A stretch of DNA of 64,000 nucleotides, taken from positions 4,526,001 through 4,590,000 of the forward strand of contig OX597824.1 of NCBI GenBank assembly GCA_951406725.2. Reading direction: 5' to 3'. The notes below the pieces were generated by a model. It was not told the DNA's origin and made no database searches. It was given only the letters and a program-made list of their open reading frames with translations. Below are positions 50,090 through 63,599 of this stretch, piece by piece; positions within the stretch are counted from its first letter, which is position 1, and the number at the start of each line of letters is the position of its first letter. This stretch comes from Octopus vulgaris. Taxonomy: Eukaryota. The position numbers and the translations under genes are program-made.

Positions 50090-51057
50090 ACCAGCAACAG
50101 AAGGACACCCACTTGGAAAAGTTAAAATAGATGAGGGTTTTCCAAGTTGATAGTCTACCACCCCTACTGTCTGTCATAGTTTTTATCCCAGTCTCCCAGG
50201 AATTAAGAAAAGTAAAAGCTGGATATAACTTAGGAAAAAAACAAAGGATGTTATTCGTGGATGGTCTTAAGTTATAAGACAAAGCTGGAAAGGAATTGGT
50301 CACCCTTCTCAGTATCATGAGCATGTTTAGTAATGAGATAAGAACAGAACTTGGTATTTCCAAATGTAGAACCCTTGTAATGAGGAGAGAAAAATATGGC
50401 TGTAACAGAAGAAAAAATGTACTCAATGAGAAGATACAGGAGATTTGGTACTAAGGAAGAATATAAATCTCTGGAAGACTTGGAAGCTGATCATATAAAG
50501 GACAAAACAATGAAAGACAAAATCAAGTTAGAATAGTTTTGATGGGTGAGGAAACTTCTAAGTAAAACTCAATGCTTTAAATATTGTCACTGCTGTAAAC
50601 TCAGGAAACATTTCAATCGTGTGATACAAGGATGGAATAACCAAATGAAGAAAAGAAGACCTTGAGGACGTAGAAAACAAGGGATTGCAGACAATCTTCA
50701 GAGCCTTACATCCACAGGTAGACGTTAGCATATCGTATTTCAACAGAAATAATGGGAAAAAAGAATTGATAAGTACCAAAGACTGTGTAGAATTAGAGTT
50801 AGTGAACTTAAGGTAGAATATTGCTGAGAATGATGAAGTATTTTGGACAGCAGTTAGGGTGAGAAGACGATGGCTGAAGGAAGAAAAACATGGAGCTATA
50901 AAGGAAAGATGTACACAGAAAAGTTTACAAGGAAAGTTTTTTTTTTTTCAAAATGTATTGAGATCAGAAATTATTTAAATGGCATAAGAAAGGAATTTTG
51001 ATAAAGGAGACAGAGGACTTGAGCTTAGTTGTGCAGAATCAAGCAATCTTATATGCT
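50090..51057 (+). mobile_element. Decayed R4/Dong-like (RLE) LINE RT and C-terminal fragment
   Basis: LFVDGLKL..MFSNEIRTELGISKC (resembles YMDDLKL...FSxDIxMEFGLDKC), LEADHIK..MK.KI, LHPQVDV and KGILIKETEG...QNQAI. Confidence 0.75.
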
Positions 51058-51269
51058 TTTCTACTCTAGGCACAAGGCCTGAAATTTCGGGGAAGGGGGT
51101 CAGTCAATTAGATCAACCCCAGTATGCAACTGGTACTTAATTTATTGACCCTGAAAAGATGAAAGGCAAAGTCAACCTCAGCGGAATTTGAACTCAGAAC
51201 ATAGCGGCAGACAAAATACTGATAAACGTTTTGCACGGCGTGCTAACGCTTCTGCCAGCTCGCTGCCTT
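51058..51269 (-). mobile_element. SINE family 1 variant with perfect 17-bp TSD
   Basis: TSD aagcaatcttatatgct at 51041-51057 and 51270-51286. Confidence 0.9.
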
Positions 51270-51329
51270 AAGCAATCTTATATGCTCATACGAATACAGT
51301 TGCCTCTCTTCAACTCATCAACAAATGCC

Positions 51330-51625
51330 TCTATGCACCAAAGACATTCCGTTATACTGGGTTGCACTGTTCATAGAAGCTAATTCATTAGAGCAAATGT
51401 ATTTCTCAGCCAACCCATTCCTCACCAAACCTTACAAATTACCCACAACCAATAACTATATCTGTATTTCATTCTGCCATACAGCATGGCATACTTTATA
51501 CAATCTACCTTTTCTCGGAAAGAGAAACCACCATTTTGTTGCCAAGGTAGGTAGTAATTCCTTGAATATCTTCCACACATTTCTTACCTTAACAACTATG
51601 CTTTTGTTGCAACCATTTTGCGCAC
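51330..51625 (-). mobile_element. Decayed RTE-like LINE fragment
   Basis: GCNKSIVVKVRNVWKIFKELLPTLATK...KGRLY, homologous to 26330-26440. Confidence 0.7.
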
Positions 51626-52629
51626 AAAGTAGCAAAAACTCAGGATACAAAATCCACAAGAGAAAAGTAAGGACAAAAAACACGGAACAGACAGCTCAAT
51701 ATACATAAAAGATTAGATACTTATATAAAATAATATAATTGGTTATGTGCTCAGAGACATTGTGTAAACAGTTAGAGAATTTTTTTTAAATATAAATATA
51801 TGTATGTATAAGAAAATATGAGAAAAGTAACAAGGTGAAAAAATATATATATGTAAGTGGTATTGATCTAAGAACACTCTCACCCTAATTTCTTTTTAAG
51901 CTTTAAGAGTTTATTGAAGACAGAAAACAAAAAGTATGACACAAAACATAGCGAATTATAAGAGTAACTGGAATATCTAACATTTTCAACTAATTTTTAA
52001 AAAGTAATGTTTTGCATGTTTAAAAAAACAAAAATTGTTGTTAAAAATATAATAAAAATCATTTTCAAGAAATATTTTCTTACCTTTTTTTTTAATGAGT
52101 TATTCTTCATGAAGAACATAAGTTTTCAGAAGCCTACAAGTAAAATGTATAGAATATATAAGATAAATATATTCTGTACACATTTAGATATACGCATATA
52201 TACACGAATACACACATATGCATGATATTTGTTTACGCTCCTTTCATATGGGTGTCTAAGAGTGCTTGATACAAGCCTGTGCTGATTAGGTTCAGAGTGT
52301 AACGTATTTGGATTTTTCCATTTATGCCAAATAAATATTTTTGAAGCTACAAAAGAAACAAAAATACTACTATACTGATAAAAGATTAAAAGATTTGGTC
52401 AGCTAATTTCAACGTAACAGGAGTACTGGGCTCACAGCTGCTGGTTTTGATGAAAGTTCAATGATACTCTGTCTGAAAATGTCTGAAGAAATAAGGGGAG
52501 AGCCTCTAAGACTCTCTTAGTGTTTCATCATGTTTTTGGATATATACAAACACATACAACCATCAATAGTCAACAACTATGCTGAAGACACTAAAAAGTA
52601 ATGCTGGTAACAAAAACAAATGAATGTAT

Positions 52630-53026
52630 GAACATTGGGCTTCACAGAGGCAAAGTGGCTGAGTTCCTTTCAAGTGTTGGGCCCCAAAGAAGCAATGACC
52701 GAGACCTTTGGCATTATATTGTGCTTGAGAAGAAGATCCATCAAGGTGAGCGAAATTGCAGGCATGGCAGATACTGGTGTCATGCAAATTGGCACCCATG
52801 CTGGTGGCACATAAGAGCACCCCGGTGTCACGCAAACGGCACCCACACCGGTGGCACATAAAAACACCCATTACACTTTCAGAGTGATTGGCATTAGGAA
52901 GGGCATCCAGCTACAGAAAACCATGCCAAATCAGACCGGAGACTTGTGTAGCCTTCCAGCATGTCAGCCTGGTCAAATTGTTCAACCCATCCCAGCATGG
53001 ACAACAGGCATTAAATGATGATGATG

Positions 53027-53080
<54 letters not shown>

Positions 53081-53155
53081 CAGACCCCAGTAGAACCGTC
53101 CAACCCATGCTAGCATGGAAAACGGACGCTAAATGATGATGATGATGATGATGAT
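52630..53155 (+). mobile_element. RTE-LINE 3' end/UTR plus a second short tail copy
   Basis: Homologous to 26780-27090; (GAT)n tails at about 53016 and 53133. Confidence 0.85.
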
Positions 53156-53845
53156 ATATATATATATATATCTGTATATGTATGTATGTATGTATGTATA
53201 TACTCCACCATCCTCAACAACATCTAGGGGCCATATACTATTTTGCAATACGTCTTTTGACACCACAAAATTCAACATCCTCCATTATGGATTGAAAACC
53301 CTCTGCCCCATACTATACAATTATGATCACCAAATCCATTTGTAATACACATGTAGTTATAAATCTTCCAATGAATCTTTTTCCAAAGGCAACTAGTTTG
53401 TCATTAATTCACCAAAAGTTGATGATCGGCAGTGGGGGGGGGGGGAGACTGAGAACGTTTGTCAAGAGGAACATAGCAATGCTGTAAACTCTTAATTTAA
53501 ACTGCTCTTCACAAATATGGCGTCTAGTATCTTGGCCCTTAACCACAACCTTTCATGGGGTGGAGAAGAAGATAAGTCAGAGTTAACTAATGAGGACATT
53601 TACTAGGTTTCCTTCCACTCTGAAATATTGGGGGATGCTCTGCTATCATTCATTCATCCATTCACTCTCGCACATGCATATGTGTGTGTGTTTGTATGTT
53701 ATTATGTCAAGCTATAATAAAAACAATTTTACATTAAACTGGACGATTACTCAGCACTTTTTGTTGGAGTTATGAATCAAGAAACTTTATTTTCTAATGA
53801 AATATATATATTGACATTATAAAGAAGATTATCTCGTCATCTTTT

Positions 53846-54138
53846 CAAAGTTTCAGTTCTTCTGGAAGGCAGTTGGACAGCTTTGAACCTTTAAATGTTA
53901 AACCATTGCATTTAACAAGAACAGTGTTGATGTATATACATATATACAACGAGTAGATTCTGAAGGATTTGCTCCAAATTTTGGCATATAAATATAAGGA
54001 AAAAATAAGGCTAATCAAAGGTACTGTCAGATCCCCAAAATTTTTCATACTCTCATATATCAGGAATTTATCCTCCAATGGTTTGACATTTAAAGGCTCC
54101 AAATTGTGTAAGTGCTTTCCACAAAAACTGAAGTTTTG
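53846..54138. mobile_element. Old fold-back/MITE-like element
   Basis: 65-bp imperfect inverted repeats at 53846-53910 and 54074-54138. Confidence 0.55.
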
Positions 54139-54429
54139 TCTTGATAATCTTCTTTTAAATTCCCGAGACCAAACATTTTGAGAAAAAGGTTATAAACAAG
54201 GTTGTAAAGCATATGCTAAATTGCTGATTTAACAATAAATCATAATTAACATAATAACCGTAATGATGATACCAATATACATATATGGATTAGTGAACAT
54301 TTATGATTACAAAGGAAGCAAAAGTTACTCAATTCCATCTTATAACTTTACTGCATTCAAAATTTACTTTCTTGTCTGCAACCACATTCGATACTTCCAA
54401 AATTTGTTTATATAGATATATGATGCAAA

Positions 54430-54925
54430 GTCCCTTCCAGACGCAGAGTTACGTGGTGGTGGAATAGTACGGTAGACAAAGCCATTGGGGCAAAGAAACA
54501 GGCCTGGAAAGCCTGGAAGGATGGTGGTAGCAGGGAACAGTACCATGTAGCCAGAAGGGAGGCTGGGTGGCAGGTATAGATAGCCAAGAATTAAGCGGAA
54601 AATAAATTAGCCAATGTCCAGAGACGTGAGGACCAAAGAACTGAGGTATTTCGGATTTCTAGACAGCGTGTGAGAGAAAATTGTGATGTCACAGGAGAGA
54701 AATGTGTTCGAATATATGATGGTGCACTTGCTTTTAGTGATTCTGAAAAGAAAGAGGCTTGGAGAAGCCATTATGAAAGACTGTTGGATGTGAAGAATGA
54801 ATGGCAGGAGGAAAGCCTTCCAAATGTTAACCCAGTAGAAGGACCAGCTATCCATATAGACAGCTCCCTAGTAGATAAAGCAATTAAGGGTATGAAGCCA
54901 GGAAAAGCCCTTGACCCATCAACCT
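54430..54925 (+). mobile_element. RTE-like LINE ORF2 fragment (endonuclease-RT linker)
   Basis: DVTGEKCVR...KKEAWRSHYERLL.V.NEW...VDKAIKGMKPGKA. Confidence 0.85.
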
Positions 54926-55007
54926 AACCCCTCCCTCGAATATGTTGGCCTTGTGCTAAAATTTGAAATCATCATCATCATCATTATTATTATTATTATT
55001 ATTATCA

Positions 55008-55039
<32 letters not shown>

Positions 55040-55699
55040 GGAAACTAAAGCTTCTTGAATCATAAATCCAACTTCCATGCATTTGGTTGTTGAAACAATT
55101 AATGAAGAGTAACAGAGTGTGACAAAATATAAAGGGAAACATTCAAAACACATCGAAATATGAAAGGTTAGCGGCCCATCAAGATTTGATTGGTTGACAA
55201 TCTGTTGGGAAGCATTGCACTTTCATTTGTTCCTTACCAAGTGCAGAAGCACATGATATTTCTACCTGATATTCAATAGGTGTGTTAAAACATGTGACGT
55301 ATATTCATCCCTTCAATAAGATGTGTTCTAGTGTGGCAGATTGTGTTCTTGAGCAAGGTCATTTATTTCATGCTGTTCCATTCTATTCAGCTGAAGATGA
55401 CCACCAACCAAGTACACATATGTAGCCCCCCGTCTCTCCCCCCACCCCACCAGCTGTCACATTCTTGATGTTCTGCAGGGTCAATGGAGGGCAGATCAAA
55501 GGGGTGTCTATGTCAATTTGTAGCTCCATAAACACCTAAGACAATTAAAGAAAGCATTGGACATGTTACTAGGCCATACATGTTCGCAAGTGATGGCTAT
55601 GGTGGAGTTTCCTTTTTATACCATGTCCAAAAGGCACATAACCAGGGGAGTCGAATCTTGAGTGATATGTCCTTTTAGAGCATTTTTGAAAAATCGGAC

Positions 55700-56400
55700 T
55701 GTCCTTCAGGGTATAGCAAAGCCATTGCATAAGAAATAAAAATTGCTATCATTTGGTAGCAAGCTTTCCTCAATAAATACCAATGGAAGTATCTGCAACA
55801 TTGTACTACAAGATATTTATTTAACCAGCTCCCAGTTGACTATTTATAAAGAATTCAGTACTTTTTAACAGAATAGCTCCTTCCAGTGGTGCTAAGCAGC
55901 ACTGACACGACAATGAAATGTTCAAGTTCTTTTGGTTGCATTGTAGCATTTGAAGTTTTGCTCCTCCTGTTATCTATTCAATGACCACCTCAGACCACAG
56001 TAAACTGTAGCCACATCAGTGATGGAGCATCTATTTTGTTTCATTACTTGCTGAATATTGTCTTTCGGCTCTCATCAATAGTCTTTCTCTCACATGTCTC
56101 TACCATATCCATGATGAAGCACCCCTTGTTTCCACCAGCAGTCTGCTATTCATTCTAAGCCAAATAAATGCCAGCCAGGTAAGACAGTAATGGTCTGTGT
56201 ACAAACCCACCTCTACTGGACACATTGGATACTGTCATCTATTTGTCTTATCTGATTCCCTAGGTTTTTTTTCATATTCCAGGCCATTTCTTTCATGTGT
56301 TTGGTGCCTATTGCTTTCCCAAGACACTATCAACTCAACTCTCAGGACTAGTTTTGTCAAGAAAGGCCATGCCATAAGACTGAGGCAGGTTTTGTAATTG
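55700..56400 (-). mobile_element. Possible very old RTE LINE remnant
   Basis: Faint SYGMAF, LGKA and A..HHW motifs in the expected RTE order. Confidence 0.35.
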
Positions 56401-56899
56401 TGTGGAAACAGTCATTAGCACTATTCAGAAATCTAAGCCTTGACTTTAATTATGCTTCATATTACCCCACCCCCACCCCACCCCACCCCATGCACCTAGA
56501 AGAAAATAACTGGAATCAATGAGTGTTGATTCTTATTACAACCTTAATGTTTCAATATTGTTTTAGTACAGCAGTAAGGAGATTCAAGAGTTGGTTATGC
56601 TAGACACATTCTGCAAGATATGACTTCCATACTGTCAGAACATGCACTAACATGTTTATATATATATTACCAGATCTATGCACATGCACACGCATGCATG
56701 CATGCATGCATGTGTATGTAAATCTATGGATGGTAACAGAACAGATCTGTAGCTGGTGTAAGGCCCCCAGCTAAAATGACTGTCACACAAAAGCAAAACA
56801 GTTCTATATAGACAGAGCCACCAAGCTAAGTGATAAGCCTGGCAAAAATATAAATGCTGAATAGACAGAGATGCTAATTACTCTATTGTAATTTCAATG

Positions 56900-57500
56900 T
56901 AAATATTACAACCTCTTTAAAAAAAGACACACCCCTATCAGAAGAATAAGTTGAAAGTCATTGGAAGAAATGTGAAGTTCAAAAAGTAAGCTGTTAAGAT
57001 GGAAGAATAGAACCTGTTGAATGAAAATAACATAAAATATTACACAGAACTGAAATCAGTCCTAAAGAAAATGACAAAACAGAAAATCTCTTGGCCCAGA
57101 TCTTATAAAAGGATATTGGTTTACGGATATCATTTTTTATTGCTGAGATTTGATAGCATTGCATGAAAGGAGCATCAAGAATATATTAGATGTGTTGAAA
57201 TGGTTGTCAACACTACCATTATTTTTTCATAAAAAAAATAGCCAAACTACTCAAGCTAAAAATCTCTACTCAGCAGTATACCAGAGTATTATGCATTAGA
57301 TATGCATTAGATGCCTCATTTTTTTTCTTACAAGATCATTATGCCATCATCAGTATCATAACTACTGAGCAAACTCTAGTAAGGAAGGAAGTATGGTATG
57401 GTGTAAAGCAATTACTAATCAGGAAAATGATACAGGAAAATATAGGAAAAAACCCACAAAAACTTCACTCTCGTGAATAATCAAAGCTTTGCAATTTAGC
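56900..57500 (+). mobile_element. Possible very old R4/Dong-like LINE remnant
   Basis: Fragments resembling D.I..FWL.RFDSLHER, WLST and TQAKN(YRP). Confidence 0.35.
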
Positions 57501-57738
57501 CAAAGTTCTACAACCATTGGTGGCTGCTATTCAACACCTAACCAAAGATTTGATATACCACTTTACTTGACAACAAACAAATCATATCTGATATCACACA
57601 TTATCAAAAAGGCATCCTACAGAGTGATTGATTGTCAGCAGTGCTGTTCTCTTGTTAAATCCGTTATCATACCAGCTTATGTGGTATAGTGTTTGTAGAG
57701 ACAGTTATTCTGAATCCAGAAACATAACTCATCTCTCT

Positions 57739-57812
<74 letters not shown>

Positions 57813-58957
57813 ATTTATTTCCTTGTAGATGACATGAAGCTGAATTAGCAAAATATTAATGACATAAAGTGTAATTAGATCTCGCTATCTAATATTCCAT
57901 AGACACTGGAGTAAAAACGGATGAGACCAACTGTTAGACACTGCTCCATCTAAGTTGGGCATGTGTACATGTACACACATTTTGCCACAGGTACACAAAA
58001 GTAATTAATGTGTGCACAGAAGTTACCTAAAATAATGTAATAATTCTTTTTATAGATTGAATTCAGATATACATTTGGCACAAGAAAAATGAAATTGTGC
58101 AAGATATGATTTTTGTAGGTACTGACAGTTAAAATCAGAAATAAGTCAAAGAAAACTTTTATTTGTTAGAAATCTAAATATATTCATGAACAGTTTGACA
58201 ATACAGCCTAAACATTCGAGTGGGACCGACACACATGCTGGGTAGGATAAGAATGGCAGGTATGATAAACACATTAATAGTCCAACCCATGCCAGCATAG
58301 AAAGCAGATGTCAAATGATGATAATGATGAGGACAAGAAATGACTACCTCATGGGCGAAAAGAACACATGACCATCAGAACTCTCAGCCTACAACAACCA
58401 TGTCACTCACAACACATTTGTAGTGCCTACCCTGACACCTACATTTGATCTTCTGAACTAGTTACTTCAAGAACTCAATAAGTTGATTTTAAGAATTTAA
58501 AAATTACTCAATGTTGATTGAAATTTCAACGTCAATGGGAACATAGAGAGATTAATTTACCAAGATTATATATTCACTTGTGACCTTAGATCTGTATTAA
58601 CATCATATATTACCTAGAGTGTAAAACTGAAGCAACTTCTCTGGTTGGAAAAAAGGTCAGTTCTTGTTTCACTTAAGTTTACAAACATAAAATTAGGAAC
58701 ACCATTAGAATAGAGACTTCCAAGAAGAGACATGAAATAAAAGCTGTCACAGATCTTTTCCCAAGGAACATTGAAAAATCCTATTTAACAACAAAGTAAA
58801 GGAATACAGATCAGTTCTTTGATAAGGCTGTACATGAGCACTTGAAATAAAGAAAGACGATAAAACTGAAAGATTAAATCCCACTACAGCCCAGCATGGA
58901 GTGTTGGCAAACTGATAATATCTCACCTCAAATGTTACCTCCATGTAATCCAGGTGC

Positions 58958-59220
58958 AGGCCTCCGTGCCGGTGGCACATAAAAAGCACAAACCGATCGT
59001 GGCCGTTGTCAGCCTCGCCTGGCACCTGTGCTGGTGGCACGTAAAAAGCACCCACTACACTCACGGAGTGGTTGGCATTAGGAAGGGCATCCAGCTGCAG
59101 AAACACTGCCAGATCAGAGTGGGCCTGGTGTAGCCTCCTGGCTTCTCAGACCCCGGTCGAACCGTCCAACCCATGCTAGCATGGAAAATGGATGTTAAAC
59201 AATGATGATGATGATGATGT
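58958..59220 (+). mobile_element. RTE-LINE 3' UTR/tail fragment
   Basis: Two gtggcac.taaaaagcac modules plus the shared tail and (GAT)n. Confidence 0.85.
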
Positions 59221-60399
59221 AAAATTTCAGCTGACAACAATTGTAGTTTATTCATAATGAGCACTGGAGGTATTAGCCAAACCATTGTCAACTGTGAGAG
59301 AATGTCCTTTCGATAAAATATTTTCAAAAATGCATGATGTGATAACCAGAACAATCTAGAATAGTGTAAGAAGGAAACAAAAAAAATAGCAACAAATTAT
59401 AAATAAATATATTGAAGAATGAAGGATCAAAAGAATACTGGTGGAACCATAGAAGAAGAACAGCAACCAAATTAAAATATGTGATGTTAAGGACCACAAA
59501 ATAAAAATGTTCTGCATTTTGGAAGTCATTTTCTCACTTGATGTCAATGTGGTAAGCAAAATGGCCAAAAACAAAGAATCAACACCCAACTCCCCCATCC
59601 ACAAACAAAATGTTTGTCAACTGTTGTTGCAAAGAGTTATCCTTATATTTTAAGGTAGTCTTTCAGATTTTTATTGTTCCTGATTTTATGATCATCTGGA
59701 TCGTTTATAATTATATATCTATGGAATATTGATGTGGAGCTTACACATCCAGTAACCGAATGGCACTTTCAGCTTTATACCCATTATTATTATTATTATT
59801 ATTGAACCAGCAAGGTGTGTACTAAGCTGCAAAGATCAAAAGGCTGCACTTGGAGTTTTGGAGAAAGAATGTAGCTCTATAATTCACTTGCTACAGATGT
59901 TCAGAATATCAGCGACAATAAAAACGCTGCCTTAAAGTTTAAAGCTTTGAGGGGAGGGGGAATCTTCTTTTTACAACCTTGCTACTGAGCAAGCAGCCAG
60001 TCATGATAAACTTATAACTTCAGTTAAGAAAAGAAAACATATATAGAAAGGAAGCTACACATACATACACATATTCATACATACATTCACTCGTTCTTAA
60101 ATACTTATAAATACATTTAGGTTATTAAACAGAACATTTGAAGTGATCCGCAGCTTGGACAATTGACAGAGGCACTAACAACGTTAGACAAAGAGAAGGA
60201 GGCAAAAGTATAAGTTAAGTCAAAACGGCCTTTGGGTACCCAATTGCATCACTTAGTCAATACCTACTGAACAATAAAGAAAGAAATCAGTACCCACCAA
60301 TGAAATTGATAACATCTTAAGGAGTAAGTGAAGAATTCCTGAATATGATAATCTGGATGTAGAACTGTACAGAGTAACTGAACTATCTGACATTAACAG

Positions 60400-60960
60400 G
60401 AACTCAAGGGAGGAACCCTCATCAAATCAGTACCAAGTTTTGCATTAATACATAAGCAGCCACACTCAGGAAAATACCAAGAACATCGATGAGATGAAAA
60501 ACTTCTGAATCTGTGACAGGTTTGTCAACTTACACCAAGAAGAATATGCCCTCACTATTGAGGAAACAGGAATAGGTAGCAAAATCTGATTAGTTAAAGA
60601 GTTGAGAATGCTGGCAATCCTGTATAACTACAGAAAATGCTAATTGTGCCATTCCATCATAAAAGATATCACCAACATCATTAGTTGTTTCCCAGAATGC
60701 CTGTAAGGTACTGTCTACCTACAAGACATGACATTGTTCCCAAAACTATTTACAATGATAACTCCAGGACAGATTGCCATTATGGTCATGTCAAAAAGAT
60801 ACCAGGGCAAGAATGGACACTTAATACACTTAATAGTAAGGATTTTTGGTGGAACATTCCAATAAAAATAGCAATTTGGTGAAAACACAACATAGTTCAA
60901 TTGATTAGTGGTAAAGCAGCAATTTGTAAAATATTCCAGAGATATTCAATTTGTGCTTCC
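60400..60960 (+). mobile_element. Decayed RLE-type (R4/NeSL-like) LINE C-terminal fragment
   Basis: QEIGSK, CHSIIKDITNIISCFP (decayed CCHC), RYCLPTRHDIVPKTIYN (RHD motif) and FWWNIPIK. Confidence 0.7.
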
Positions 60961-61800
60961 TGGGATACATACACAATACAATCGATGGACTGTCCCATCA
61001 AAGTGCTCAGCTTTTTGCCGAACGGCCTGCACAAATGATTTGTTTATAGGGATCAAATGTATGTGCTGGACATTAGCTCAGTCTCTCCATCAAATCAACA
61101 TTGTCTGAACAGGAGCATGGGGTACCCCGCATCAGGTGTTGAAGTGACTGGAGAGCAACATGAAATTAAGTGTTTTGCTCAAGAACACAATACCATGATC
61201 TGAATACTAGGAACTGAAACCATGATCCCGCGATTGTGAGTGCAACACCACACATGTGAAACAATTACACATATGCATATAGCATACACACACACATATA
61301 CATACACAGACACATATACATGCACACAGAATAATCACACACACATTCAAGTTGTAAGGGGATGCTACAGGCATGCCATAACATGCCTACGGATTATAAG
61401 CATAGTGTCACTGTTTATGCATTGTCATTTGTCTGTAGTCCCCAAGTATGAACCTGCTGGGGGAATTACTGTCTTGCTTGGAAACAGGTGTAGGTCGGTG
61501 TTAGGAAGGGTGGAGGCCAACAGAAAATTCTATTGCAACAAAGTTTCATCTGCTTCATGGAAGCATGGAAGATTAAATGTAAAAACAATAATGATGATGA
61601 TGACAATGAAACATAAATGCACACACACACATCTAAGCTGTATGAGTGCATATCTATAAGTATATACAAGCATGGCTTTGTGATTAAGAAGTTCACTTCC
61701 CAACTTCATAGTTTTAGATTCAGTCCCATGTCTTTTGCCTCTGATCAACCGAAGCCTTGTGAATGAATTTGATGGACAGAAACTGAAAGAAGATTGTTTT

Positions 61801-62258
61801 ATCATCATTATCATCATCATCATCATCATTTAACATCTGTTGTCCATGCTGGGAAGGGTTGGACAGTTTGACCAGGGCTGGTATGCTGGGAGGCTGCACC
61901 AGACTCCAGTCTGATTTGGCATGGTTTTCTAAGGCTGGATGCCTTTTCTAATGCCAACCACTCTGAGAGTGTAATGGGTGCTTTTATGTACCACTGGCAT
62001 GGGTACCATTTGCTTGACACCAGTATCTGCCACGACTGAGTTTGCTCAGTTGGATGGATCTTCTTCTCAAGCACGACACAATGCCAAAGGTCTTGGTCAT
62101 TCTTCATTGCCTCCATGAGGCCCAACACTTAAAAGGTGCTCTTTATGTGCCACCGGCACGAGTGCCAGTTATGTGACATCAGCATTGGCCATAACTATGA
62201 TTTCACTTGGTTTGATGTGTCTTCTCAAGCAGAACATATCACCAAAGGTCTCAGTCAC
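61801..62258 (-). mobile_element. RTE-LINE 3' end/UTR, antisense, interrupting a CORE-like SINE (head 61665-61800, tail 62350-62572)
   Basis: Reverse complement of 26780-27090 with an internal duplication. Confidence 0.8.
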
Positions 62259-62272
62259 TTATATCTTCCCCC

Positions 62273-62331
<59 letters not shown>

Positions 62332-62571
62332 CACACACACATATATATATATGGGAAGGCATTCATGGCTCCTTGTTTTGACATCACATGATAGTTGTAA
62401 ATGAGTGTCACCATAATACAAACAGTATCTTTTATTTCCAATCTTCCATGAAGATGTGTCTGGCTATGGGGAAATATAATCTTACTTGGAAACAAGTGAA
62501 GGTTGACAAAATGAAGGACATCTGACCATAGAAAATCTGCTTCAATGAATTCTGTCCAACCCATGCAAGCA

Positions 62572-63545
62572 CCAAATGAGGTTTATTTTTTTAATACAGT
62601 TCCCTTGTGGTCCAGACAACACTTCTTCCATCAGTGATGCAGTTCTTAGATCTCATTGATGAAGAGGCTTTCATCCTGTTGGTCAAAAAGTCATCAACAG
62701 CAGATGCATCACCATCACTGGAATATTGGTTCCTAGTCAAGTGTCTTTTCAGGTTGGGAAACAGATAATTGTCAAATGGTGCCAAATCAGGAGAACAGGG
62801 AGGGTGATCAACCAGTTCAAAGCCACAGTCACACACAGAGTTCCTTGGAAGCAAGGACTTGAGTGCTGGAGCATTGTCCTGATGAAAGAAGATCCCTGTG
62901 AGGAAAATATGATGATGGATGACAGGCAACAGACTGTATATCGAATAACCAATGCTATTAGCATACCTCGTGAGGTAATTGAGAATATTCTGCACATTTC
63001 TGCATGGTGAGTGCCACATCTTCTGACACCTGATCAAAAACACAGCAGGTTGATCTCATCAAAGGAAAATCTGACATTGAGGTAGATCCAGCTGGTTTCC
63101 TTGAATGTTTCCTAGCTCAAGATAAGTGTTGGCTTCATCACTTTGAGCCAGAGACAAAGAGACAATCCATGCAATGGAATCACTCCTCTCACCTACTCCA
63201 AAGAAGGACAAGGTCGTTTCATTTGCAAAAAGGGCGATGACCTCAGTTTTTTGGATTCCAAAGGCATTGTGCTTATTGACTATCATGAAAAGGGACACAC
63301 CACCAGTGGAGAGTACTTTGCAAACATGCTGAGGAAGTTATGAAAGGCTATCAAGACCAAATGTCTAGGGAAACTGACAAATGAGTCTTGTTACATCAGC
63401 ACACAAGTCCTTGTTTTCAATGGCTGTTGTGCATGATAGTGAAAGAAGTCTATGGACCGCAAGGGGGACTGTGTTGAAAAATAAACCTCATCTGGTCACA
63501 TTCCATGAGAGTATCTTGGTCAGCCAGCTTTTCAGCCAACCCTCG
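62572..63545. mobile_element. Rearranged mariner element with two 3' ends
   Basis: Minus strand 62572-62895: FHQDNAPA...HPPCSPDLAPFDNYLFPNLK. Plus strand 62900-63545: (W)VPHLLT, HHFEPETKRQSMQW, DSKGIVLIDY, then the 3' end and TIR-like cttttcagccaaccctcg. Confidence 0.88.
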
Positions 63546-63599
63546 CAGACATTAAATCAACGATGATAATGACACACACTCACAACAGAAAGGTTAAAC

